Assembly: GCA_002269645.1 (NCBI GenBank)
Contig: NIVC01003528.1
Location: 28,777-92,776 of the forward strand
From: Macrostomum lignano
Taxonomy: Eukaryota
DNA length: 64,000 bases
Direction of reading: 5' to 3'
Numbering within the stretch: the stretch's first letter is position 1; each line of letters opens with the position of its first letter. This document shows, one piece after another, positions 63,518-64,000 of this stretch. Both the position numbers and the translations under genes were made by a program. Below the pieces are notes generated by a model. It ran no database searches, was not told the DNA's origin, and saw only the letters and a list, made by a program, of their open reading frames with translations.

Positions 63518-63827
63518 CTAGAATGGCAATGGCTAGAGTTCGGCACCGGAACCCATTTTCTAATGGCTACGGATCCGGTAGTGCCATTATAATAATAGAT
63601 TGGAACATTATATTTTTCTTTCTATAGGTGGCTGATATTGAGATTTTGTTCTAGTATTTAAAATTTAAGATGATATGATAAGATTTGGGATGAGATGCTT
63701 CTAATATTCAGACTTCTTAAGATATGTTCTTACCAGTCTTTATATGCTTCTATACGGCACTGCCGGATCCCTAGCTGTTAGAAAATGGGTTCCGGTGCCG
63801 GAACTCTAGCCATCCATTGCCACCTAG
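63518..63827. mobile_element. MITE-like fold-back element, ~75-bp inverted repeats
   Basis: ctagagttcggcaccggaacccattttctaa...ggatccggtagtgcc is the inverse of ggcactgccggatcc...ttagaaaatgggttccggtgccggaactctag. Confidence 0.75.
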
Positions 63828-64000
63828 AATAGGCCTATAGGCATGTCTTTTCTTGTGTTTAGACTCAGAGAATGCTTTGACTTCTTGGCTTGTGTTTTTT
63901 TGATTGAATCAAATGAGGCTTTAAAAAAAGAAAAATTAGAATAGGTTGTGAGACTAGTCCTATGGCTACACTTAAACTACACCCAAACCCAATTTAGGCC

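Overview
Eukaryotic (metazoan) genomic DNA with short GC-rich exons, poly-Gln/Ala/Ser insertions in proteins and introns filled with tandem repeats. The style is most consistent with a free-living flatworm such as Macrostomum, which is an inference and not proven. Ten protein-coding genes were rebuilt by hand from GT-AG junctions, and all reconstructions are phase-consistent except UBE2S. They are: the 3' end of a delta-catenin/p120 gene (+); a secreted PAN/apple + GH16 beta-1,3-glucanase (-); an MRM3-like SPOUT methyltransferase (+); a METTL23-like methyltransferase (+); two intronless secreted triple-PAN/apple genes (+); a CNBD2-like gene (+); and DCTN1, EARS2 and UBE2S (all -). UBE2S carries a 1-nt frameshift. 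The rest is minisatellites, three mariner remnants, hAT-like and other MITEs, and two tRNA-derived SINE families. The most notable items are: (1) a local cluster of TATA-driven secreted proteins sharing an unusual 8-Cys PAN/apple domain, one fused to a catalytically intact beta-glucanase; (2) signs of spliced-leader trans-splicing and operon-like layout; (3) intron-specific minisatellites, one traceable to a SINE segment. All coordinates and identities were read by eye and no database searches were run.
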